Virus record (IMG/VR): IMGVR_UViG_3300036791_001436
Location: 1 to 64,000 of that record
Direction: 5' to 3' (one strand)
Length of the DNA: 64,000 nt
From: a virus
Shown here: piece by piece, positions 39,097 through 47,945 of the stretch
Position numbering within the stretch: the stretch's first letter is position 1
How the letters are laid out: the number at the start of each line of letters is the position of its first letter
The notes under the pieces: model-generated
Databases searched by the model: none
Seen by the model: the letters and a program-made list of their open reading frames with translations, nothing else
Told to the model about the DNA's origin: nothing
Translations under genes and position numbers: made by a program

Positions 39097-41508
39097 CTAT
39101 GCCGCCTCCTGTAAGGGTTCCCACTCCTGCATTGCGTCCGAGTCCCAACGTTCACCGAACTTCGCATCGGCGACGAACGGCACTCGTGTAAGGCCCCAAT
39201 CTCTTGGTACTCTGGCCATCACCCCGAGCACGTACGTTAGCGATTCGTCCAAGGCCTGACGGTCCTGACGGATCTTGAAGTAGATGCTGTCGTGCACTAG
39301 GTTGCAGATCCTAGCATTCCACCGCTCGCGAAGCACGGGGGCCACCTCGCAGGCGGCCACGGTGTTGATGTCGGACGCCGTGCTTGAGTGGGGGTAGTTC
39401 GCGGCCTCGTTCTCAAGGTCGTGAAGGTTCTCGTAGCTGACCACACCCCACCTCTTTTTGCGTCCGAAGTTGGTGATCATCGTCCATCCTCGTGCAGGGG
39501 CTTTGCGCGAGTCCATGATGAACTCCTTTGCCCGAGGAAACTGGGCAAACCACCCATCGATGTACTCTTGCGCCACTTCGGTCGTGGTGTCGAATTCCTC
39601 TGCCAAGGTCCATGCAGTGCGCCCATATACGATACCAAACGTGACCGCTTTCGCTCTCATGTACTGCTCGTGGTTGTAGTTCTCCCCAAAGTATCGTCGT
39701 GACACAACCTTGTGGATGGAGGTCTTACCCTCCACGTAGATCTCGCATAGGGAAGGGTCGCCGCTCATAACAGCGAGGCATCGGAGCTCGGCTTGGTTCA
39801 GGTCAGCCTCAACTAACCACTCATCGGGGTCCGCAATGAACTGCCGACGGATGAAGGGACCGCGCTCCATGTTCTGTAGGTTGGGGTCCTTAGAGGCTAG
39901 ACGTCCATTCACAGTCCCATGGATCAGGTAGCTCGTATGAACCTTCCCGTCCTTGTATCTCCACCCGAGCGCGGGCTTAACGTAAGTGCCGTGGCGTTTG
40001 GCGAGCTTCCTTACGCGCTGGATGGGGCGCACAATGGGATGATTGTGCTTGCGCTGGATCTGGATGATCGCCTTGGCGTCTGTGGAAGTGCCGATGGGGC
40101 CTAGCTTCATCCGGTTGTATAGGAGATCCCCCAGCTGTGCTGGGGAGTTGACGTTGATCGGGGCCCCGCAGTACTTGATAGCGTATGGCTGGATCTTGGC
40201 AACTTCCGCTTCGATCTCATCCTTGCACAGCTTGTCGTTCGTTGCGACTACTTCTGGGTCTAGGAGGATACCTTCCAGTTCCACCTCTGCCAGCATTTCG
40301 GAGGCTGGGATCAGTACACGGCGGTACAGCTTGGAGAGGTGTGGGTCCTTAGTGATCCGGGGCTGCTGCGCAAAGAATATCTGGTGCGTCTTGGCAATGT
40401 CATATGCTTGGTACTTGTAGAGAGCCTCTCTAGGTACGAGAGCATACGAGCGGTCGGCTTTCTTGTACCGCTTCAGGTATTGGTCTAGTTCCGCCTTGTG
40501 ATGCGGAGCACCGAGTTCCCGTAGGGCAATTTGATCCAAGTCGTGCAGACCGCGCGTCTCGTTGAGCGCATAGGACTGTAGCATAGTGTCTTCATCGACA
40601 CGAGCTCGTATGCCTTCTGCCCGGAAAAACTTAACGTCAAACTTGCCGTTCTGCCAGATCCATCTGGGTCCACGGGACTCCATGAGCCTCCGGGTAAGAG
40701 ATTCGGCCCGCCAGATAAGGCGGTTCGGGATGATGTAGACATGCTCCCCATTCCACGTTACACCATGTGATATCATCCAGTCGCTGAGGAAGTCGAACCC
40801 AGAGGTCTCGATGTCCCCAGTCAGGTACGGTTGCTTGATGGCCTTATGTACGAACGCGGCATACTCTGGGATAGTTTTGATCACTCTGTAGGTAGGTGGC
40901 TCCCACACATCTGGTGGGCGGTCTTGTGCTAAGAGAACTGCCTTCTTCAGATCCCGCTGCCACTCCGAGTACCCTCCCCCACCTTGCTTCATCAGGAACG
41001 CAGGGTGCACCGCCAGTACTACTCCGTGCTTGGCGAGTGAGGTGGGGATGACTTGCCCACGCACACGGGTAATCTTGATGTTGGTAATGCCGGTTAGGCT
41101 TACGGCTGCATGCTGCCCTAGTGCCAGAATGACTTTGCGAGGGTGCGCGCGGATCTGGTTGATGAGCCGCTCGTGGCAAATGCTCACAGCCCGTGGCATC
41201 CGATCGTCGTCCTTCACCTTCGGGAAGCACTGGATCGCATTGAGGATGAGCGGTTTGATGTGGGGAGGCAGACCTACCTTTGCCAGGATGGTCTCTAGCA
41301 TCTCTCCTGAGGGCCCAACAAACGGGACCCCACGTGACAGCTCTTGCGCCCCTGGGCTCTCTCCGACTATCACGAATGGAGAATCAGCGGGGCCCCTTCC
41401 CCCTACTTTGAGCCCTCCGAAGGGACACCCATTGCAGCCTACTGGCCGCTGGTCTAGAGGGACCCTAGGAATGAGGCGTAGGGCGGACGCTAGAGGATGG
41501 ACAGCCAC
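39097..41508 (-). CDS. polA: family A DNA polymerase with an N-terminal family-4 uracil-DNA glycosylase domain (SPO1-like)
   Basis: UDG domain: CNGC, GESPG, PFVGPSG and HPA. Exonuclease motif DIETSG. Polymerase motifs DLNQAELR, AKAVTFGIVYG and VHDS. Confidence 0.93.
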   Translation of the reverse strand: MAVHPLASALRLIPRVPLDQRPVGCNGCPFGGLKVGGRGPADSPFVIVGESPGAQELSRGVPFVGPSGEMLETILAKVGLPPHIKPLILNAIQCFPKVKDDDRMPRAVSICHERLINQIRAHPRKVILALGQHAAVSLTGITNIKITRVRGQVIPTSLAKHGVVLAVHPAFLMKQGGGGYSEWQRDLKKAVLLAQDRPPDVWEPPTYRVIKTIPEYAAFVHKAIKQPYLTGDIETSGFDFLSDWMISHGVTWNGEHVYIIPNRLIWRAESLTRRLMESRGPRWIWQNGKFDVKFFRAEGIRARVDEDTMLQSYALNETRGLHDLDQIALRELGAPHHKAELDQYLKRYKKADRSYALVPREALYKYQAYDIAKTHQIFFAQQPRITKDPHLSKLYRRVLIPASEMLAEVELEGILLDPEVVATNDKLCKDEIEAEVAKIQPYAIKYCGAPINVNSPAQLGDLLYNRMKLGPIGTSTDAKAIIQIQRKHNHPIVRPIQRVRKLAKRHGTYVKPALGWRYKDGKVHTSYLIHGTVNGRLASKDPNLQNMERGPFIRRQFIADPDEWLVEADLNQAELRCLAVMSGDPSLCEIYVEGKTSIHKVVSRRYFGENYNHEQYMRAKAVTFGIVYGRTAWTLAEEFDTTTEVAQEYIDGWFAQFPRAKEFIMDSRKAPARGWTMITNFGRKKRWGVVSYENLHDLENEAANYPHSSTASDINTVAACEVAPVLRERWNARICNLVHDSIYFKIRQDRQALDESLTYVLGVMARVPRDWGLTRVPFVADAKFGERWDSDAMQEWEPLQEAA

Positions 41509-42323
41509 TGCCGCACCGCCCTGATGTTGTCAAGTGCGTGTGGGTGGTCGTCCAGAGTTCCTTTCTCGAACCAGTTCTTCGGGCGAGGCTCTTGCTTGTG
41601 GCTCGGGCTTAGTTGTTGGGGATGGCGTATAGGGACTGCCGAGTCAATTCCTAACACCCCCGTCTGTCGAGCCGCCTGTAGATCATCCCATATGTTGTCA
41701 CTGAACCCCAGCAGGTGGATGTTGATGTCCGGCCGTATGAGATGGATGTACTGCACCGCCGCTGTTCGCATTGGCCCTAGTAGGCGAGGTACTCCTGCCC
41801 AGGTGATCAGCGGGAAGGCCTTGGTGTCCAGTAGGAAAGCGTCTGCGATGTTGGTGAACTCCTCCCAAGAGGGGCCATGCGTCACCAGCATGAATCCTTC
41901 GCTGAGGTCCACGATGTCACTTTGTACCCACTCACTGTAGGCGATCGTGCTACGGAGAGCGGTAATGTCGGCGCTGCCCATCTCATCTGGAAGTACTGGC
42001 ACTAGACGGAGGCGCGAGAGCCGATGGGCGTGGATGGGTTCGGCTGTGGAGATGGCCTTGAGCGCGGCCTCCATCACGTCTATCGGGATGGGTATCCCCA
42101 ACTCCACGATGCTGTTGTCCATGATCACGACAACGTCCCCGCCTGCAGTGGTGAGGATGTATTCTCTGAACCTAGCGGTGAACCGTTCTGGGAACTCCAG
42201 TACGTGGTGCGCCAGGAGGAGATGGTAGTCCCCGAATACAAAAGGGGACATCTCCTCCAGGATCTGGATGGGAGCAACAGGTGCGAACTTCGGGTGGTGG
42301 GTGGGGTGGTTGTTGATTGTCAT
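41490..42323 (-). CDS. TGT-fold, DpdA-like deazaguanine transglycosylase candidate
   Basis: True start ATG 42323 (ATGA overlap with queE). Motifs IMDNSIVELG, VLPD, IHLLG and GIDSAVP. Sits inside the que operon. Confidence 0.65.
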   Translation of the reverse strand: MTINNHPTHHPKFAPVAPIQILEEMSPFVFGDYHLLLAHHVLEFPERFTARFREYILTTAGGDVVVIMDNSIVELGIPIPIDVMEAALKAISTAEPIHAHRLSRLRLVPVLPDEMGSADITALRSTIAYSEWVQSDIVDLSEGFMLVTHGPSWEEFTNIADAFLLDTKAFPLITWAGVPRLLGPMRTAAVQYIHLIRPDINIHLLGFSDNIWDDLQAARQTGVLGIDSAVPIRHPQQLSPSHKQEPRPKNWFEKGTLDDHPHALDNIRAVRQWLSIL

Positions 42324-43171
42324 CGTGCGCGCTCGTTTCCCCAGATGAGTACGTGAAGTTGTGGCAGGTACTTCCAGTGTGCCAGTCGCCAGTCGTTCAG
42401 GAAGTCCTGCTCCAGAGAGTCCTTGAAGTCGCGGAGTAGCAGTTTGGGGATATCTTCGTCCCCCTCTGCTGCCTGAAATCCTCTGGCGGGAATTGGTGGC
42501 CACGGATTGCCGACAGAGAGGAATCGCTCCTCTCTTGGGAAGACGTAGTAGTCCAGGAGTGCATCCACTGTGATGGCGAACTCTAGGTCCAGTGCCGAGA
42601 AGACGATGACTTTGATGCTGGTCATGGTGCCACTGCAACGCATCAGGAAGTCGGAGAACTTATCTGGCTCGAACTTCTCTCCCATGCCAGGACCCTTTGG
42701 TGAGATGGTCACCTGGTTGCACAAGGCCACCCAGTCTTGCCAGATGGTCCCTTGGGTCTCTAGGGCGACCTTGAATCCTCGTTGTTGTAGGGAGCGGACT
42801 AGATCACCCCCTTCTTCCCAGATGGCTGGGTTGCCTCCGCTCAGAGTCACCCACTGAGCTAGCCGACCGCATTTTTGGGCGACCTCTTCCGCTATTTCCT
42901 CCGGGTACATCCACGTTGCGTGCGCGTGGATAACTTGAGGGATCACTGCGAACAGGGAGTCGCACATCCTGCAGCGGTAGTCGCAACCTCCTAGTCTGAC
43001 GAACATCGTTTTGGTGCCAATCATGACACCCTCGCCTTGGATGGTAGGGCCGAAGACTTCCATCACGGGGAGCTTGCCTCGCTTCCCTTCGTCCTGATCG
43101 GGGAGCGGTGCTGCCTTGAGCTGGGCTGCCTCAGTCGGGTCGGATCTCGTAGCTTGCGGAATTTCCGTCAT
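42320..43171 (-). CDS. queE: 7-carboxy-7-deazaguanine synthase (radical SAM)
   Basis: Motifs EVFGPTIQGEG, CDYRCRMCDS, VTLSGGNP, ETQG, ISPK and LPQLH. Confidence 0.95.
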   Translation of the reverse strand: MTEIPQATRSDPTEAAQLKAAPLPDQDEGKRGKLPVMEVFGPTIQGEGVMIGTKTMFVRLGGCDYRCRMCDSLFAVIPQVIHAHATWMYPEEIAEEVAQKCGRLAQWVTLSGGNPAIWEEGGDLVRSLQQRGFKVALETQGTIWQDWVALCNQVTISPKGPGMGEKFEPDKFSDFLMRCSGTMTSIKVIVFSALDLEFAITVDALLDYYVFPREERFLSVGNPWPPIPARGFQAAEGDEDIPKLLLRDFKDSLEQDFLNDWRLAHWKYLPQLHVLIWGNERAR

Positions 43172-43589
43172 GTTCCGACACTGTCACTTTCTCTAGTTGT
43201 ACCCGCCCGTCTGATTGGGAGGCGATGAAGGAGTAGGCGTGTTGGAAGATATGGGCAGCGAAGGCCTCGATCCCTACTTGTGGGAGCACTATGAGGTCTG
43301 CCGCTTTGGCGATCTGGAGTTCCCTGAATGTGCTGATCAGAGGATCGTCGGCAGCCACTAGCAGCTTATGGTCGAACTGCTCCTGGAGCCACATCTTCAG
43401 TTCCTTGAGCCCGCCGAAGTCCTGCACCCAGCCATTCTCGTCAAGGGCAAACGCCGAGAACTCGAAGTGGATCTTCAACGCATACCCATGCAGGTAGTGG
43501 CAGTGGGAATCCGATCGCCATTGCCTGAAGCAGCAGCTTAGACCTTGTTCGTGCCCATAGGTCTTGCTGCTAGTGAACCTATGTTCCAT
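43131..43589 (-). CDS. queD: 6-carboxytetrahydropterin synthase
   Basis: Motifs HCHYLHGY, WVQDFGGLK, FDHKLL and VSEHDGNSA. Confidence 0.92.
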   Translation of the reverse strand: MEHRFTSSKTYGHEQGLSCCFRQWRSDSHCHYLHGYALKIHFEFSAFALDENGWVQDFGGLKELKMWLQEQFDHKLLVAADDPLISTFRELQIAKAADLIVLPQVGIEAFAAHIFQHAYSFIASQSDGRVQLEKVTVSEHDGNSASYEIRPD

Positions 43590-43594
43590 GGCTG

Positions 43595-44389
43595 CTACTC
43601 CGCCAGGTAGACGGTTGGGTCGTGGACGATCGCATCGTGGAACGCTTCCCTACGTGCGATACAGGTTGGGCAGACACCGCAGTGCCGGCTCTCACCTGCA
43701 TAGCAGCTCCAGGTGTCTGCGAAGTCGACGTCCAGGGAGTCACCGAGTTGCACGACTTCGGACTTCACCATGTGCACCAAGGGAACGCGAAGGCGCACCT
43801 TCCCGTAGGTGCCGATCTGGATGGCTGCCGCTTGCGCACCGAGGAACTCCAGAGTGCAGTCTGGGTATGCGTCTCTGGCTGCATCGTCGGCGTGCATCCC
43901 AGCGTAGAGAATGGCGTTGGCCTGTGCTAGGCTCTTCTCTGCTGCCATCACCCAGGACTGTGCCCTCGCTGCCATGATGCTGAGCATTGTCCCGTTGCGA
44001 TAGCTGACGTAGGTTGGGGAGATGCCTTCGGGAAGCTCCCCGTACGACATCTGGGGGATGGGTTCGTTCACTTCCTTGTCCACCAACATTCCCGTGAAGG
44101 ACCCTTGGATGTTGACAACGATGTGCTCGGCCTCGAACTTCTTGGCTTGCCTGCGGGCGTACTCGATCTCCTTCTTGTGCCGTTGCCCATAATCGAAGGT
44201 CAGGCACTCGATCTCAGCACTGGGGAATTGGTCACGAGCGAACGCCAGGACGGTGCTGGAGTCGACTCCTCCCGACAACATGACGAAGCACTTGGTGACC
44301 ACGAGCGGGGGCTTGGGTCTCGGATCCCTAAATGTCGAAGTCAGGGTCTGGGGTAGGTCTGACTCTGTGGAGGTAGGGTGATCGACCAT
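43595..44389 (-). CDS. queC: 7-cyano-7-deazaguanine synthase
   Basis: Motifs SGGVDS, FDYGQRH, YVSYRN, YPDC and TWSCY..HCGVCPTC. No fused GAT domain. Start likely ATG 44389. Confidence 0.95.
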   Translation of the reverse strand: MVDHPTSTESDLPQTLTSTFRDPRPKPPLVVTKCFVMLSGGVDSSTVLAFARDQFPSAEIECLTFDYGQRHKKEIEYARRQAKKFEAEHIVVNIQGSFTGMLVDKEVNEPIPQMSYGELPEGISPTYVSYRNGTMLSIMAARAQSWVMAAEKSLAQANAILYAGMHADDAARDAYPDCTLEFLGAQAAAIQIGTYGKVRLRVPLVHMVKSEVVQLGDSLDVDFADTWSCYAGESRHCGVCPTCIARREAFHDAIVHDPTVYLAE

Positions 44390-44636
44390 GTTGGCCTCTA
44401 GCTTGTGGGTCGGAGGGTGGAGACTGGGCAAGACGTCGGAGCTCGGAGATGGGGATGCGATAGTTGCGCCCCATGTACTCGCCCTTGATCTGCCCAGTCT
44501 TGATCCAGTTCAGTACCGTGTGGTAGTGTACGTGGAGTAACGGTGCAGCGCGACGAGGCGATATCCATCCTCGGAGGTTGAGGATCTCCGCCGCCGTGAG
44601 ACCGGCGACTTCTTCTTCAATGTCGTTGGGGGACAT
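44328..44636 (-). CDS. excisionase-like HTH (HTH_17/MerR-like) DNA-binding protein
   Basis: ISPRRAAPLLHVHYHTVLNWIKTGQIKG..YRIP. Confidence 0.75.
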   Translation of the reverse strand: MSPNDIEEEVAGLTAAEILNLRGWISPRRAAPLLHVHYHTVLNWIKTGQIKGEYMGRNYRIPISELRRLAQSPPSDPQARGQHGRSPYLHRVRPTPDPDFDI

Positions 44637-44673
44637 GCCTCGTCACACCACACGCGGCCTCTGCGTATTGGCC

Positions 44674-45204
44674 TTACAAAGGGTTGCTGAAACCGCCCTG
44701 CGCCGCACCTTGCACCGGTGCCAGGACGTCCTTCACCTCGTTGCGGCGCTCGCCTTGGTAGAGGCGGATCCCCACCTTGGCGCGCAGCGGCTTGCCGAGG
44801 AGCAGGCCTTCGTCGGCGACGAGCTTCGGGTTGAAGTTCGTCACGATCAGTTCCGGTGCGACCTTCATGAGGAAGGACTTGCCACGGGCGATCATGTTCT
44901 CCGCCCAACTAACGTTCAGGAAGAGCTTCCTGTTGACGAGGTCCTTGGACTCGTCGTCGTCGACGGCCAGCTTGATCGCCCACATGGGCTTGCCGGCGGC
45001 ATTGGAGAGCTTGTACTCGCACTCCTCGATCGTGCTGGGGTAGAGTCCAGCCGGGAGCACAGGGAAGCCCTTGTCGGCTTCGACGTCGGTGAGGTCGACG
45101 GTGAAGCCTTCACCGCCCTCGTATTGCAGGCCTTGGGTGTCCTGCTCGTGCTCCTGCTCTTGAGACAGGTCGACTTCGTTGCCGTGTTCGTCGGTCATGG
45201 ACAT
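44674..45204 (-). CDS. DUF669-like single-stranded DNA-binding protein
   Basis: Motif FPVLPAGLY..SNAAGKPM..RNEVKDV. Highly biased codons. Adjacent to a Sak4-like ATPase. Confidence 0.75.
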   Translation of the reverse strand: MSMTDEHGNEVDLSQEQEHEQDTQGLQYEGGEGFTVDLTDVEADKGFPVLPAGLYPSTIEECEYKLSNAAGKPMWAIKLAVDDDESKDLVNRKLFLNVSWAENMIARGKSFLMKVAPELIVTNFNPKLVADEGLLLGKPLRAKVGIRLYQGERRNEVKDVLAPVQGAAQGGFSNPL

Positions 45205-45255
45205 GTTGGTTCCTTGGGCTTGGTTGGGTTTGGGTTAGGGGTTGGCCAGTTGAGG

Positions 45256-46317
45256 TTACGCCGGCTGCGCCAACTTGAAGGCAGCCATGATGCTGCCCAT
45301 AGTTGGGTTGTCGAAGTACGCCTGCTTATATGAAGCCCGACGATTCTTAGCGTCGAACTTCACTCCAGACTGGGGCTGGATATACAGTCGGCGTAGATCG
45401 GGTGAGCTGGGGTCTGCTTGTGAAACTACCATGTATCCCACCAGGTCGACGAACGACTGGATCTGCGTGGCGAGCTTGCCCGTCATCCAGGGAGTGAAGT
45501 GCATCTTCTTCAACTCGTCCTGGGCATAGGACTGCCCGCAAATGATGAGAAGGTTGATAGGCAGGTCGCGGAACGCTCTCACGATCGCCTGGATGGCGTT
45601 GTTGTTCTTCCTGAACTCTGGGAAGCCTGCGATCGGCATCTCGTCACCAGCTTCCCACGCCATCGCATCTGGCCCTACACCACCCAGCCCCATCACTTTG
45701 GCCAGGTTCATCTGTTCGATCTCCGTCAGGGAGTCGATGATGACAGTGCGAAAGCGGCGCAGACGGTCGATCTCTTCTGGAGGGACACCGAAGGTCTGGC
45801 TTTGGATCTGGCGTAGCACCGGTTCGTTGTTCGTGTCCCGCGCACGACAGTGGTGTTGCAGGAACTCGTAGATCTTCCGGAGCTGCTCGATCTGCGTGAC
45901 GCGCACCTCGTCGATCATCTCGTAGTTCAGCACACGGTCGTTGTCCTCCAGGACTAGCTCGCCGCCTTCTGCCGACAAGAGGAGGATGTCCTGCATTGAG
46001 GGAACATCGACTGCGCTGCCGCATAGTGTGGTCTTACCTGTCCCTGCTGGCCCATAGAAAAGAGCCTTGATGTAACGGTTCTTCAGGGGGCTAGAGATGC
46101 CGCCGATCTTGAAGAACGCAGGGTTGGGGACGCTCAGAGCAGTTCTGGTAGGACCCGCTCCTGCTTGAGCTGGCGCTGGTGCGATCTTGGGTGCTGGTGC
46201 TGGCGTGGGCGCAGGTGCGGTTGGTGTGGCCGGCTTGACAGGTGCCTGGCCTGGCTTCAGCGTAGTAGGAGCTGGTGAGGCGGGAGCAGTTGGGGTGCCT
46301 GTGGTGGTCATGGTCAC
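45256..46317 (-). CDS. AAA_24/Sak4-like ATPase (ssDNA annealing)
   Basis: Motifs YGPAGTGKT, VIIDSLTE, FVDLVGY and DAKNR. Confidence 0.8.
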   Translation of the reverse strand: MTMTTTGTPTAPASPAPTTLKPGQAPVKPATPTAPAPTPAPAPKIAPAPAQAGAGPTRTALSVPNPAFFKIGGISSPLKNRYIKALFYGPAGTGKTTLCGSAVDVPSMQDILLLSAEGGELVLEDNDRVLNYEMIDEVRVTQIEQLRKIYEFLQHHCRARDTNNEPVLRQIQSQTFGVPPEEIDRLRRFRTVIIDSLTEIEQMNLAKVMGLGGVGPDAMAWEAGDEMPIAGFPEFRKNNNAIQAIVRAFRDLPINLLIICGQSYAQDELKKMHFTPWMTGKLATQIQSFVDLVGYMVVSQADPSSPDLRRLYIQPQSGVKFDAKNRRASYKQAYFDNPTMGSIMAAFKLAQPA

Positions 46318-47756
46318 TCGTGATCTACAAGGTTGATGGTCGGGTTGAGGCCAACTTCTTGGTTGCCTTCTTCCTCTTCCACACCGGCCGTCCTGAGGAC
46401 GACATGTGGGTCCGCACGCTCTCGGGTGTACTCGTCACCCTGAGAGGGGTCCTTCCATTCGGGAGGAGGCTTGAAGTCGTTGATGTCGTCAACGTCGTCT
46501 GCGGCGATCTCTGCCCGGTATTGATCTTCTCGCGACCGTTGCTGGATCAGCCCGAGGTCGATATCTGGAAGGCGGTCCTGTGGCACTCCCTGCAGGCGCT
46601 CGTGGAGCACACGGGGGTCAGGAAGTCGGGAGCGCCAAAGGCGATCCACTTCTAAGTCACGCTCACAGTAGTCTGCTTCTAACTCCAGCTCCCAGTCTCC
46701 GCCGTCGTCTAGGGATACGCACGGGCTCAGGAAGCTGCATAGGCGGAAGCAGTCACGTGTTGGGTTCGGGTACAGCGGGAGATCTGGGTTCAGCATGTCC
46801 TCCAACTCCAGGAGGATCAAGATCCCTTGTGACTGGATCTGTTGCACTGTACGGTTGATCTCATCCCGCCGTACATAGCGGTCGCGGTTCTCGTTCTCAG
46901 AGGAGGCCAGCGCCCATAGGAAGTCGATGTTGGCCTTAGGCGCGGCGTCGACGGAGTTGTAGAGGTCGAGTAGTCGCTGCCGGTATAGGGATTCAGAGGT
47001 CACTAGGTTCTGCGCTGTGGATACTTTCCCCGATTGCAGGATCCTGGGAGGGTCAGGGGCTCGCTTCCAGAACTGATGGTAGATCACCCCTACTACCGGT
47101 TGCTCGTAGATCTGCGCACCTGCCCACACGTATCGCGATACTTGCGGGTCAGTCATGTAGTGTTGGGTCTGGATAACCTTGGCGGTCTTGTACTCGTCGA
47201 TCAGGAGAGTGTCGTAGTCTCCCTGGACTACTCTGTCGATCGTACCGCGGTAGAGGATGATGTCAATCCCCAACTGGGCGCATAGGGCTTGGATGGTGGG
47301 GTTGATCGATGGGGTGATCGGGATCTCGAAGTTGACCTCTACCTGAGGTTCCGAGACTCCCGTGATTGGGTTTGGTGCCCAGAAAGTTTGGTCATTACGC
47401 TTATGGCGCAGCCAGTTGTACTGGTAGTACCGCATCATCTGCTGGCCGAGCACGAAGAGGTCAGCGTAGTCCGAGGGAAGATCGCGGACGTAGTTCTGCG
47501 CTGTGGCGATGCAGTAGGCGATGAAGGCGCGCTCGGCCGAGTCGAAGACCCGATACCCGTGGAAGTCTTCCAGCGCGTAGTGGACCCCCGACCCGAACCA
47601 GAGCGGGCTCGCCAAATGGATGGGCCCAAGGTTCATCTGGAGGTGGCTGCCCCAACCCCACTTCCGGCGACACTGCTTGAAGTTGATGGAGTCGCTCGTA
47701 CGGAAGATCGCAGCGTTGCGTCCATCTGCTAGCCGTGTCAGGTTGAGCCGACGCAC
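46314..47756 (-). CDS. PD-(D/E)XK Cas4-like exonuclease
   Basis: Motifs FKQCRRKW, FGSGVHYALE, GTIDRV..IDEYKT and C..C...C. Confidence 0.8.
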   Translation of the reverse strand: MRRLNLTRLADGRNAAIFRTSDSINFKQCRRKWGWGSHLQMNLGPIHLASPLWFGSGVHYALEDFHGYRVFDSAERAFIAYCIATAQNYVRDLPSDYADLFVLGQQMMRYYQYNWLRHKRNDQTFWAPNPITGVSEPQVEVNFEIPITPSINPTIQALCAQLGIDIILYRGTIDRVVQGDYDTLLIDEYKTAKVIQTQHYMTDPQVSRYVWAGAQIYEQPVVGVIYHQFWKRAPDPPRILQSGKVSTAQNLVTSESLYRQRLLDLYNSVDAAPKANIDFLWALASSENENRDRYVRRDEINRTVQQIQSQGILILLELEDMLNPDLPLYPNPTRDCFRLCSFLSPCVSLDDGGDWELELEADYCERDLEVDRLWRSRLPDPRVLHERLQGVPQDRLPDIDLGLIQQRSREDQYRAEIAADDVDDINDFKPPPEWKDPSQGDEYTRERADPHVVLRTAGVEEEEGNQEVGLNPTINLVDHE

Positions 47757-47795
47757 GCGTGAGATCCCTATGACTTGAACACATCCAATCTAACT

Positions 47796-47824
47796 ATACT
47801 ATACTAGATCAGAGGGGAAATCAA
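47796..47824 (-). promoter_or_regulatory. sigma70-type promoter of the recombination/que/pol operon
   Basis: TTGATT-N17-TAGTAT. Confidence 0.6.
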
Positions 47825-47945
47825 CAGGAATCTTTTGGGCGGTCCATAAATTTATTGTACCTCGCCGGAGGTAGTAAGGTGGGCAAATTCTCCCTTAACG
47901 GGGAGCGAAAGACACCCGTGAGCTCCTGCGAGGCTGGCCGTGGCC

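Noticed and set aside
44637-44673. preQ1 riboswitch upstream of the que genes
   Set aside because: Short gap with no preQ1 stem-loop or A-rich tail.
46314-47756. CRISPR-Cas system suggested by the Cas4-like nuclease
   Set aside because: No array or other cas genes. It sits in the common phage nuclease-Sak4-SSB recombination module.
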